Positions 10,256-18,799 of a stretch of DNA of 64,000 nucleotides are shown piece after piece (position 1 is the first letter of the stretch; the number at the start of each line of letters is the position of its first letter). The notes beneath the pieces were generated by a model that saw nothing but the letters and a program-made list of their open reading frames with translations, ran no database searches and was not told the origin of the DNA. Both the position numbers and the translations under genes were made by a program. Source of the DNA: Candidatus Moraniibacteriota bacterium (GTDB lineage Bacteria; Patescibacteriota; Minisyncoccia; Moranbacterales; UBA1568); contig JAAXXG010000001.1 in assembly GCA_013334575.1 (NCBI GenBank), positions 143,637 to 207,636 on the forward strand, written 5' to 3'.

Positions 10256-10633
10256 ATGCGGATCTATATCAGCCACTCCCGATCCTTCGATTTTGATAAC
10301 GAGCTCTATTCCCCCATCAGAAAGCACTTCTCCGACAACGCTCACGAGTTCGTTCTGCCGCACGAAAACGGCTCCGATGACGATACGAAATCGGTCATCG
10401 CGACCTGCGACCTCGTTTTGGCCGAGGTATCCTTTCCGGCGATCGGAGTCGGCATAGAACTCGGCCGCGCCGAAGCCGCCGGTATACGGATCGTCTGCGT
10501 TTACAGGACAGGAACTATGCCTTCGCCATCGTTACGACGAATAACCGATGAGATCCGGGAATACGATTCCGAAGCAGCCCTCCTGCGAATCATCGACAAA
10601 GGAATCGAAGACATTGAGACGGTCAATGATTAA
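10256..10633 (+). CDS. Nucleoside 2-deoxyribosyltransferase-like protein
   Basis: 125 aa. 'MRIYISHS' and 'CDLVLAEVSFPAIGVGIELGRAEAAGIRIVCVY' match the Rossmann-like nucleoside deoxyribosyltransferase pattern (ADLV...G.D.GTA.EIGYA.A.GKP). Confidence 0.45.
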   Translation: MRIYISHSRSFDFDNELYSPIRKHFSDNAHEFVLPHENGSDDDTKSVIATCDLVLAEVSFPAIGVGIELGRAEAAGIRIVCVYRTGTMPSPSLRRITDEIREYDSEAALLRIIDKGIEDIETVND

Positions 10634-10655
10634 TCAAACCGCATCAACAAAGACT

Positions 10656-11099
10656 ATGGCCCTCGTCTACGAATCGGACAATTTTATTCTCGAATCCCAT
10701 GAAACCCCGGAAATCGACCGACTGGAAGGCGGACACCTGAAAATTTCCCCGAAGACGCCCGTCGAGGACCGTTCCTGCCTCACGCCACGGCAGGCGATCG
10801 GACTCATGCGGCTCACCGTCGTCGCCGGACTCGCGCTCAAGGCAGCCATGAAGGAAATCGGCGTCGATATCGGCCGGATCAACTACCAGGACAACGGCAA
10901 CTGGAAGCCCTCGCTTCACGTACACCTGTACGGCCGTGCGAAGGGTGCCGTCATGCAGAAGTTCGGCGATCCGTTCGTTCCGGGTCACAAGCCCGAATAC
11001 GCCCCACTGACCGAAGACGACCTCCGTCGCGTTCGGGAACATATCGACCGATTTCTTACTGAAGATCGTTTTTCGGACGAATCATGGGGACTTACGTGA
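10656..11099 (+). CDS. HIT-family (histidine triad) nucleotide hydrolase/transferase
   Basis: 'MALVYESDNFILESHE' is a HIT N-terminus and 'SLHVHLYG' is the H-x-H-x-H triad. The tool ORF starts further upstream at 10548. An alternative ATG exists at 10626. Confidence 0.7.
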   Translation: MALVYESDNFILESHETPEIDRLEGGHLKISPKTPVEDRSCLTPRQAIGLMRLTVVAGLALKAAMKEIGVDIGRINYQDNGNWKPSLHVHLYGRAKGAVMQKFGDPFVPGHKPEYAPLTEDDLRRVREHIDRFLTEDRFSDESWGLT

Positions 11100-11117
11100 C
11101 ATAAAAGCGTCTTCTTC

Positions 11118-11627
11118 TCATGATTCCTGATCACGAAGAAACATCCTTACATAGAGTTCCATGCCGGAAAGGAACGCATCGGGATGTTCCTCAAAAGCGG
11201 TCCGAAGTTCCGCCGGCGAATACCACTCGACCCGTTCCACCTCGTCCTCCTGAAGATGGAACGCTCCGGCGGGAAGATCGATAACGGCCGCGTACCACTG
11301 AAGGAAATACTCATATTTGCCCTGACGGCGAATCTTATCCCGTCGTTCGAACGGCACGTCGACAATTCCGAGTTCCTCCATCGCCTCCTTTTCGATGTTC
11401 GAATCGTATGTCTCGCCCTCGTCATTCGTCCCGGCGACTGCCGGACCCCATTTCCCCGGACTATGCTTCTTCGAGAAAGAGCGTTGAGCGAGGAGGATGT
11501 TCCCTTTCGAGTCGGTGACCCACAAGGCGGATACGCGGTATATATCACCGGAAAGCAGCGTCCCGCGGTCCTTGAACCCGATTATCCGGTCCTCTTCATC
11601 TACGATGATGATACGGGGCTTCGTCAT
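11118..11627 (-). CDS. NUDIX hydrolase
   Basis: Nudix box 'GTNDEGETYDSNIEKEAMEELGI' (GX5EX7REUXEEXGU). The start was chosen at MTKPRIIIV, 16 nt downstream of the GT4 stop. Confidence 0.8.
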   Translation of the reverse strand: MTKPRIIIVDEEDRIIGFKDRGTLLSGDIYRVSALWVTDSKGNILLAQRSFSKKHSPGKWGPAVAGTNDEGETYDSNIEKEAMEELGIVDVPFERRDKIRRQGKYEYFLQWYAAVIDLPAGAFHLQEDEVERVEWYSPAELRTAFEEHPDAFLSGMELYVRMFLRDQES

Positions 11628-11643
11628 ATATACACCGAATATC

Positions 11644-12795
11644 TCATTCGACAGACCGGTACAGGTCCGCATACCGCGAGGCTACGGACGACCAGCTCAT
11701 GGTCTCGGCGTGAGCACGACTCGCCTCTCCCATTCGGGCCCGAAGCGCCGGATCGGCGACAAGCCGCCCCAGCTTCTCGGCAAGATCCTCCGGCGATTCC
11801 ATCGCGACGAAAAACCCGTTTTCCCCGTCCCGAACGAGCTCCTCGGTCCCACCGGTGACCGTCGCGACGATCGGTAGCCCCGAAGCGATCGCCTCGAGCA
11901 CGGTATTGCTCATGCCTTCGTTCAAGGACGGCAGGCAGAAAACGTCCGAATCACGATACACCTGCGGCAATCCGTCGTGAGGAACCCGCCCCAGGAATCG
12001 GACGACATCGGATACTCCCTCGGTCACGGCGAGCGCCTTAAGCGATTCCTCTTCGTCCCCGCCGCCGGCGATCAGAAGCTCGAGACCCCGGTCCGGATAC
12101 GCTTCGCGAAGCGACCGCATCGCCCGTATAAGGAAGCGGATGCCCTTGCGGGGAGTCAGCCGCGAGACGGCAAGAATACGGAACCCATCCGACGACGTCC
12201 GACTTTCCGGTTTGAACTGTCCGGTATCGACGCCGTTCGGAATGACCGGGATATCGAGATTCGGACTCGTCTTTCCCGCAAGTTCACGGAGTCCTTCGCT
12301 ATTGCTGACGACCGCGGCGGCCCGGTTCCAGATAAGCCGTACGATAGGACGGACGAACGCATAGATGACGGGAAACCGCTCGCTATACCCCGGAACGTCC
12401 GCACCACGAAGCGAAACGACGTACGGAAGACGGAACTCAGCCCGAAGCAGGAGAGCCTGAAATCCGCCCGGGATCGTAAAAAAGGCGTGAATCAGGTCGA
12501 AGCCGCCCTCTTTCCGTATGAGCTTCCGCGCAAAAAGATACCCCTTCACCGTATAGGAAAGCAGGTTCGCGCGACTCTGATGATGGAGATCCGACGGATT
12601 CTTGCCGATCGGAATGCGATGCACGATGACGCGGTCTCCGATCTCCTCGCGGGCATACCCGTTTCCGATCGCCGAGGTGACGAGATGCACCTCGAGACCC
12701 TCTGTCCGCGCGTACTCGCAGAGGAGGTATTCCGTCGCGTTCGCGGCGCCTCCCCCGAGTGGGGGATATTCGTAGTTGAGAAAGAGGATTTTCAT
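11644..12795 (-). CDS. GT4-family glycosyltransferase (GT-B fold)
   Basis: 'MKILFLNYEYPPLGGGAANA' N-terminus and a C-terminal EX7E-type region (GGTEELVRDGENGF). The start ATG at 12795 lies 1 nt from the ugd stop, which suggests translational coupling. Confidence 0.8.
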   Translation of the reverse strand: MKILFLNYEYPPLGGGAANATEYLLCEYARTEGLEVHLVTSAIGNGYAREEIGDRVIVHRIPIGKNPSDLHHQSRANLLSYTVKGYLFARKLIRKEGGFDLIHAFFTIPGGFQALLLRAEFRLPYVVSLRGADVPGYSERFPVIYAFVRPIVRLIWNRAAAVVSNSEGLRELAGKTSPNLDIPVIPNGVDTGQFKPESRTSSDGFRILAVSRLTPRKGIRFLIRAMRSLREAYPDRGLELLIAGGGDEEESLKALAVTEGVSDVVRFLGRVPHDGLPQVYRDSDVFCLPSLNEGMSNTVLEAIASGLPIVATVTGGTEELVRDGENGFFVAMESPEDLAEKLGRLVADPALRARMGEASRAHAETMSWSSVASRYADLYRSVE

Positions 12796-12796
12796 A

Positions 12797-14122
12797 TCAT
12801 CGTCCGATCGAACGGTACTCGATACCGAGATCTGCCATCCTCTTCGGTTCGTACAGCAACCGACCGTCGAAGATGACCGGCTCTCGGAGCGCCTCCCGTA
12901 TCCGGTCGAAATCCGGCGTCCGGAATTCCTTCCATTCGGTGACGAGCAGCATCGCATCGGCGCCTTCGAGCGCCTCGTACTTGTCGTCGAAATACGCGAT
13001 CGACGGATTATCGCCGAAGTAATCCGGCGTTTTCGCCATATGCATGGCCTCGGGATCGTACGCCCGGACGGTCGCCCCCTTCGCGATCAGATCGTTCACG
13101 ACCGGAATCGCTGGCGATTCCCGCATATCGTCGGTCCCGGCCTTGAACGCCAGTCCCCATACCGCGAACACTTTTCCGGAAAGATCGTCTCCGAAACGGT
13201 CCGCTACCATGCCTCCCAGAACGTGTTTCTGCCGTTCGTTGGTGTCGAGCGTCTCCCGGAGCATACGGGCGTCGTACCCCAGGTCCTCGGCGGTCCTGAT
13301 AAGCGCCTTCACGTCCTTCGGAAAGCAGGAGCCGCCGAAGCCCGCGCTCGCGTACAGGAACGCTTCGCCGATCCGCGGATCCGCCCCCATGGCCTTGCGC
13401 ACGTTCTCATAGTCGGCACCCGCCTTCGAACAGATATTCGCGAGCTCGTTCGCCGCCGAGATCTTCACCGCCAGGAAGCAGTTCGAGGCGTACTTCACGA
13501 TCTCGGCCGTCTTCGCGTCCATGGCGAAGAAACGGCCCTCCCGCCGCATGAACGGCCCATACAGCTCGCGCATCGTCTCGAGCGGCTTCGGATCATCCGA
13601 CCCGACCACGACCCGACTCGGTTCGAGGAAGTCCTTGACCGCCGTCCCCTGAGCCAGGAACTCGGGATTGCTGACGACCGAAAACGGGATATCCTCCCCG
13701 CGCTCCGCAAGCTTCGCCGCTATCCGTCCGGAAACGAGCGCCGCGGTCCCGACCGGTACCGTCGACTTGTCGACCACGATGAGTTCGTGATCCATGCATG
13801 ATCCGATACCGTCCGCCACGGCGAGCACATGGGAAAGATCGGCGCTCCCGTCCTCGCTCGGCGGCGTTCCGACCGCGATGAACAAGATATCGCTCCCGCG
13901 GACGGCGCCGTCGAAATCGGTCGTGAACGAAAGCGTTCCGTTCTTCAGGTTCTTCACCACCAGTTCATCGAGCCCTTTCTCGTGAAGTGGCGCCTTTCCC
14001 GATTCGAACTGAGCGATCTTGCGCTCGTCCTTATCGACGCAGACGACCGTATTCCCCATTTCCGCAAAACACGCCCCGGTCACCGACCCGACATATCCCG
14101 TCCCGATTACCGCGATTTTCAT
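12797..14122 (-). CDS. ugd: UDP-glucose 6-dehydrogenase
   Basis: 'MKIAVIGTGYVGSVTGACFAEMG' NAD-binding N-terminus with the catalytic-region 'GFGGSCFPKDV' motif. About 442 aa, typical for UDP-glucose/GDP-mannose dehydrogenases. Confidence 0.9.
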   Translation of the reverse strand: MKIAVIGTGYVGSVTGACFAEMGNTVVCVDKDERKIAQFESGKAPLHEKGLDELVVKNLKNGTLSFTTDFDGAVRGSDILFIAVGTPPSEDGSADLSHVLAVADGIGSCMDHELIVVDKSTVPVGTAALVSGRIAAKLAERGEDIPFSVVSNPEFLAQGTAVKDFLEPSRVVVGSDDPKPLETMRELYGPFMRREGRFFAMDAKTAEIVKYASNCFLAVKISAANELANICSKAGADYENVRKAMGADPRIGEAFLYASAGFGGSCFPKDVKALIRTAEDLGYDARMLRETLDTNERQKHVLGGMVADRFGDDLSGKVFAVWGLAFKAGTDDMRESPAIPVVNDLIAKGATVRAYDPEAMHMAKTPDYFGDNPSIAYFDDKYEALEGADAMLLVTEWKEFRTPDFDRIREALREPVIFDGRLLYEPKRMADLGIEYRSIGR

Positions 14123-14133
14123 AACGCCGTTTC

Positions 14134-15075
14134 CTACGATTCGACGACCTCCCGGACCGAGTAGTTCATCCGTCCCCGCTGCCGGTAATAGGTCTTGACC
14201 GCGATATCGACGAGAATGCCGAACACGAAGAGCTGCACGCCGACAAGAACGAGCAGCGTCCCGACAAGCGGCCAGATACGCTCGGAAAGCGACGCGCCGA
14301 AGAACGCCTTGTCGACGAACATCCATAGGAGAACGAGCGACCCCAGGGCGATAGACAGGAGTCCGGCACCGCCGAAGAGATGGATCGCCCGATACGAGTA
14401 CTTCCGCCAGAACCACAACGACAGCATGTCGACGAAACCCTTGATACTCCGCTTCCAGTTGTACTTGGTCACACCGTGCACGCGCGGATGATGCGAGACC
14501 TTGACCTCGGTCACGCGGAACCCGTCAAGCAGGAGCATCGCCGGAATGAACCGGTGCATCTCTCCGAAGAGGTCCACGCCGTCGAAGCACTCGCGACGGA
14601 ACGCCTTGAGGCTGCAGCCGGAATCGTGGATTCCGTCCTTTACGAGCAGCCCCCGCAGGAAATTCGCCGTCCGCGAGAAGATCCTTTTCATGAGCGGGTC
14701 GTTGCGTTTGTGCCGCCAGCCCGACACGACATCGTACCCCTCCTCGATCTTCGCGAGCAGAAGCGGTACGTCCGCGGGGTCGTTCTGCAGATCTCCGTCG
14801 AGCGTGACGATGATATCGCCCGTCGCGGCCTTGATGCCGGCATCGAACGCCGCCGTCTGACCGAAGTTCCGACGGAACCGGATCAGCCGGAGCGGCGAAA
14901 GCCCCTCGCAATCGACGACGGTTCCGTCCGTCGAACCGTCATCGACGAAGACGATCTCGTACGGCTTCCCGATACCATCGAACGCCTCCTTGATCCTCCG
15001 GTGCAGTTCCTTCGCATTGCCCTCCTCGTTGTACAGCGGAACCACCGCCGACAGAAAGGGTTTCCGATCTTCCAT
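14134..15075 (-). CDS. GT2 polyprenol-phosphate glycosyltransferase (DPM1/GtrB/ArnC-like)
   Basis: 'SAVVPLYNEEGNA...YEIVFVDDGSTDGT' GT-A N-terminus with a DxD, plus C-terminal TM helices as in GtrB/ArnC. Confidence 0.8.
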   Translation of the reverse strand: MEDRKPFLSAVVPLYNEEGNAKELHRRIKEAFDGIGKPYEIVFVDDGSTDGTVVDCEGLSPLRLIRFRRNFGQTAAFDAGIKAATGDIIVTLDGDLQNDPADVPLLLAKIEEGYDVVSGWRHKRNDPLMKRIFSRTANFLRGLLVKDGIHDSGCSLKAFRRECFDGVDLFGEMHRFIPAMLLLDGFRVTEVKVSHHPRVHGVTKYNWKRSIKGFVDMLSLWFWRKYSYRAIHLFGGAGLLSIALGSLVLLWMFVDKAFFGASLSERIWPLVGTLLVLVGVQLFVFGILVDIAVKTYYRQRGRMNYSVREVVES

Positions 15076-15461
15076 AGTCTGTTCAACTGACTGATAAACG
15101 CGGCTCGGACCGGCGGACCGCCTTTGCCGTTTCTCTCCCTATTCTAGGATGTTTCAGCTCCAGCGGCAACCGGAATATCCGCAAACGGAACCTTGACATA
15201 TTCCTATAATTCATCATATCATAAAGGCAGTCGAATCTGATCCTGGCAACAGGGGGAGGGCGGCAATCGCAACCATATGACGCGGCTATCACGCCATATG
15301 ATACCTGCGACCGGCATTGGGATACCGCATCGCGAGATGATTCCCTCATCCGAGGGAAATCCGGTAGGCCGCTACTCCGGCTCATCGGAACCGATCGCGG
15401 CGATCGATAACTCGGTCGCCTCCGGCTCTCGAAGATGAGCCACGCCCCCTCTCAATGTAAA

Positions 15462-15543
15462 CGCCGCCACGAAGGGAGTATCCGATATCATGAACCCATG
15501 AGATCAGCATACTCTTCCTTCCGGCGGCGTTCTTTTATTTTCC
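15462..15543 (+). promoter_or_regulatory. Long imperfect hairpin (~26 bp of pairing, outer stem CGCCGCC/GGCGGCG) followed by a U-rich tract (TTCTTTTATTTT)
   Basis: Nested complementarity read directly: CGCCGCC...GAAGGGAGTAT...GATATCATG-aaccc-CATGAGATC...ATACTCTTCC...GGCGGCG then the T-run. It lies in the 585-bp divergent intergenic region, ~120 nt upstream of the 15661 start. Confidence 0.35.
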
Positions 15544-15660
15544 GAACCCACAAGCGAAAGAAATCCGGTGCCCTCCGCGTATCCCTATAGGACGCTTTCC
15601 GTTCATGGCACGTCGCTGTTATACTGAAAGCATCCGTCTGTCAGGTCGTACGCCGCAGCC

Positions 15661-16410
15661 ATGAAACATCCGCACATCTCCGTCGTTATCCCCTGCTACA
15701 AGGAGGCCGAGGTCATTGAGCGGAACACCCTTTCCGTCCATGGGTTTCTTTCATCGCGGTTCGAACGCTTCGAGATCGTCGTGGTGACCGACGGCAGTCC
15801 TGACGGCACCGCCGAAGTCATCGAACGCATGATCCTCGACCGACCGGAACTCGGACTCGTCCATATCCGTTTCGACACGAACCGTGGCAAGGGGGCCGCG
15901 GTGCGGGCCGGCATACTCGGGTCCCGCTACGATCCGGTCCTGTTCGCAGACGCGGATCTTACCATACCGATCGGAGAACTCGATGAGTTCATGTCCGCCA
16001 TCTCGCAGTCCGACCTGGCGATCGCATCGCGGCTCGCGCCGGGATCCCGCTTCGAGGAACCGGCCCCATGGTACCGCGTTCTCATGGCCCGCGGATTCCA
16101 TCTGCTGCAGATACTCATCCTCGGAAACTTCGAATTCTCCGATACGCAATGCGGCTTCAAGCTCCTTCGCCGAAGCGCCGCGCTCGACCTGTTCCGCGAC
16201 CTTACCGTGGACCGGTTCGCCTTCGACGCCGAACTCCTGTTTCTCGCCCGTCGCCGCGACTACCGCGTCGCCATCCTGCCGGTCACGGTGAAGCGCGACC
16301 CGCGCAATACGAACGTCCGCATCGTCCGCGACCCGCTCGAGATGCTCTTCTCCCTGCTCCGTATCCGGTGGAATTCCCTGACAGGAAAGTACGACCGCTC
16401 TGCCAATTGA
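15661..16410 (+). CDS. GT2 glycosyltransferase (dolichyl/polyprenyl-phosphate beta-glycosyltransferase-like)
   Basis: 'ISVVIPCYKEAEV...FEIVVVTDGSPDGT' with a DAD-type motif 'LFADADL'. No C-terminal TM. Confidence 0.8.
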   Translation: MKHPHISVVIPCYKEAEVIERNTLSVHGFLSSRFERFEIVVVTDGSPDGTAEVIERMILDRPELGLVHIRFDTNRGKGAAVRAGILGSRYDPVLFADADLTIPIGELDEFMSAISQSDLAIASRLAPGSRFEEPAPWYRVLMARGFHLLQILILGNFEFSDTQCGFKLLRRSAALDLFRDLTVDRFAFDAELLFLARRRDYRVAILPVTVKRDPRNTNVRIVRDPLEMLFSLLRIRWNSLTGKYDRSAN

Positions 16411-16450
16411 CGGCATCCGAACCTGTCCATCAGACCTTTCCATGAAAAAA

Positions 16451-16480
16451 GGCCGCGTTTTAAGACACGGCCTTTCATAC
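16451..16480. terminator. Weak bidirectional hairpin between convergent genes
   Basis: AAAAAA-GGCCG-(12 nt)-CGGCC-TTTCATACTTTT. The stem is short and the loop large. Confidence 0.3.
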
Positions 16481-16494
16481 TTTTCGCTTCGCGG

Positions 16495-16953
16495 TTATCG
16501 TTTGGAGCCGCTGTTCGCTTGCGCCTCACGATGCCGCTGAACATGTTTTTCCTCTTGCGATCGGATGGCTTTCCGACGGAGCTCACCCGCTTCACGTCTA
16601 TATTCTTCAGCCGTGAGCTCTTTCCAATCGCCGCTTTTTGGTTCCAAACGGATGAATCGGTCGGAGCCTGCGAGGAGGTATTTCTGAAAATTTTTAAGCT
16701 CCTTGCTACTCATTCGCGCTATGAACATCGTCGCGTCGACTTCGTTGGCACATACGCTCATACGCATTCGCCTGGATTTCTCGACGTCCCGTCCTGCGGA
16801 CGGAACGGCCTTCTCCCATTCCGAGAGGATGAAATCGAACATCGCAAGCACGAACGGAGCGCCTCCCCCCTTGTAGTCACTCCGGAAACGAACCCATCCC
16901 GAATCGGGACTTACTTCGATGGTAACAGCTATGATCCGGCTTTTTTCCTTCAT
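16495..16953 (-). CDS. Hypothetical protein with a basic C-terminal tail
   Basis: The tool ORF begins at a GTG. The likely ATG at ~16953 (MKEKSRIIAV) is preceded by GGGAG with a 5-nt spacing. GC is lower than the surroundings. No family recognised. Confidence 0.5.
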   Translation of the reverse strand: MKEKSRIIAVTIEVSPDSGWVRFRSDYKGGGAPFVLAMFDFILSEWEKAVPSAGRDVEKSRRMRMSVCANEVDATMFIARMSSKELKNFQKYLLAGSDRFIRLEPKSGDWKELTAEEYRREAGELRRKAIRSQEEKHVQRHREAQANSGSKR

Positions 16954-17102
16954 GGTCACTCCCTTTCCGGAACGCGTTCCGGCGTTTTGATTACTTGATA
17001 TTTTTCCTTAAGACACTGTAACGAACAAAAAACTATTATACATTGAAAGATTGATCGAGTCAAGTTCGATAACCGAAAGCAACCACCATAGACATTAAAT
17101 AT

Positions 17103-17129
17103 TGACTATTCTCATTAATAATGTATAAT
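17103..17129 (+). promoter_or_regulatory. Promoter candidate for the lipoprotein gene
   Basis: TTGACT (17103-08), 15-nt spacer, TG-TATAAT (17122-29) in an AT-rich stretch ~48 nt upstream of the ATG at 17177. Confidence 0.4.
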
Positions 17130-17176
17130 ATTTTTGTTCTTCCCTTCCTTCTTTACCAACTTCAACCGCAACGGTC

Positions 17177-17662
17177 ATGCGCAAACACCTGCTTACCCTC
17201 GCCCTTTCTCTTCTCATCATCGGTTGCACGAAGAACACCGACCACTCCCTGCCGGAACGCCCGCTCCAAAGCGTCGTGCTCCCCGCCGACGACTCACCTG
17301 TCACGGATACGGTTACCCCGTCCGGACCCGTCCACGCCTTCAGAGCGGAACAGGATCACTTCAACATACCGGTTATCGGTAGGACCTATAAATCCAATTC
17401 AGGAATGGTCTTCGAAGTGTTCTGCCCGACCCCGACATTCCTGTCCGAATCCGCGGCTATCGAAATACTTCGGAAGCAGTTTCGAAACGAAGGAACGGAT
17501 TTTAGTCATGTTGAAAGATATACGCTGGAATACTCTAAGATTCGGATACCATTCAGCGATGAAATGCTCAAGGATGTCGAGGGAGGAGTCCGCTACAGGA
17601 ATGCCGTCGTGATCCGCGTAATCATACCCCACGCCACGTCGGATATGATTACGAGAAAATGA
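17177..17662 (+). CDS. Putative lipoprotein
   Basis: Signal peptide plus a lipobox-like 'LLIIGC'. 161 aa. No family recognised. Confidence 0.55.
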   Translation: MRKHLLTLALSLLIIGCTKNTDHSLPERPLQSVVLPADDSPVTDTVTPSGPVHAFRAEQDHFNIPVIGRTYKSNSGMVFEVFCPTPTFLSESAAIEILRKQFRNEGTDFSHVERYTLEYSKIRIPFSDEMLKDVEGGVRYRNAVVIRVIIPHATSDMITRK

Positions 17663-17683
17663 CTTCTCGCGAACAAGAGAAAA

Positions 17684-17710
17684 CCCGGAGCCGCACAAGC
17701 GCGCTCCGGG
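17684..17710. terminator. Bidirectional intrinsic terminator
   Basis: CCCGGAGC-(11 nt)-GCTCCGGG, an 8-bp GC stem. A U-rich tract follows on the minus strand (TTTTCTCTTGTT) and a weaker T-rich run on the plus strand. Confidence 0.55.
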
Positions 17711-17739
17711 TATTCGTATTGGGAACCGATTCACTCCCG

Positions 17740-18630
17740 TTACCGCAGGTTCGCCGAAGAGAACTCTTCGAGTGTCATTCCGGTCACCTCGAGAAAATAC
17801 GTCGGCATACCGTCGGCGACGTCGCGGGCCGTATCAAACGGTATCTCTGCCGGCTGACCCTCCGCCTCCATCTTTCTGACCAAACCCTGTAGCGTCGAGG
17901 CCAGATTACGCTGCGGGCACCCGCTCTCGATCGACCCCGCAACGAAAACGATGGTATCGAACGGATTACCGATATCCGCGGAGAGATAAAGGGCGACGCC
18001 CTGTTCAAAGCCGCACGGCACCCGCATCGCGGCGATCTCCATATCGCGATCGCGATAGGCGTGCTGCAATACGGTGAACGCCGATGAGATCTCCCTCGCT
18101 ATCGACGGAGAGGGTTCCTCCGTAGCGATCCCATCCGGCATTCGTGTCAGGACGACCGGGTACGGCAACGACGAGAGAAAGCCCATCCCTTCCGGAAGCG
18201 TATCCGTTCCCGCCTCGTATTCCCCTTGTTTATAGCGTTCCCAGAGTTTTCCACCGAGACGGCATGTGACGCTCGAGGTCCATCGCGGTATCTGCAGACG
18301 CCGGCGTATGGACGCCGTTTGGGCGTACTGCTCGACGACGGCCGGATCGAGATATTTCTCCAGTCCTCGACGACCGTACGCGACGATATCGGTCTTGATG
18401 CCGGTCTCTTCGAGGACGTGATGGTGATATATGGAAAGCGCATGCATATATTCCGCCTTTCCCGGGATATCGACATGAGACCGCATTGGATGCAGGCATC
18501 TCAGTCCATCCGACTGGATGACGAGCACCAAGTCCGGATAATCATTCAACGAATAGACCTGATGATGCCCGTTGCTGCGAGAATGTTCCGCACCGTCGAT
18601 ATGGGGATGATGGGTACGACCGTTCATCAT
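17740..18630 (-). CDS. Hypothetical His-rich (probable metal-binding) protein
   Basis: The start was chosen at MMNGRTHHPHIDGAEH, preceded by a perfect SD (AAAGGAGG, 6 nt, ATG). The tool ORF extends 82 aa further upstream without support. His clusters 'HHPH', 'NGHH' and 'IYHHHVLEE' are present. No confident family. Confidence 0.55.
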   Translation of the reverse strand: MMNGRTHHPHIDGAEHSRSNGHHQVYSLNDYPDLVLVIQSDGLRCLHPMRSHVDIPGKAEYMHALSIYHHHVLEETGIKTDIVAYGRRGLEKYLDPAVVEQYAQTASIRRRLQIPRWTSSVTCRLGGKLWERYKQGEYEAGTDTLPEGMGFLSSLPYPVVLTRMPDGIATEEPSPSIAREISSAFTVLQHAYRDRDMEIAAMRVPCGFEQGVALYLSADIGNPFDTIVFVAGSIESGCPQRNLASTLQGLVRKMEAEGQPAEIPFDTARDVADGMPTYFLEVTGMTLEEFSSANLR

Positions 18631-18799
18631 GTCTGCCTCCTTTGCAGGTTTGATGGAAAAAGATGAGTGATGGATGGAAAGAACACGGCGGATACGGTAC
18701 GCCGATTCCGAAAAAATGTCAACGACGAACCGAAAAAAAAATAAGGCACCCCGTCGATCGTTCGGGGCGCCGATAGTTTTCGAAAGAACACGCGGGACA

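Noticed and set aside
15193-15210. Adjacent consensus hexamers TTGACA and TATAAT
   Set aside because: The spacer is only 6 nt, so they cannot form a functional sigma70 promoter. A TTGACA-18-TATCAT alternative is noted instead, with low confidence.
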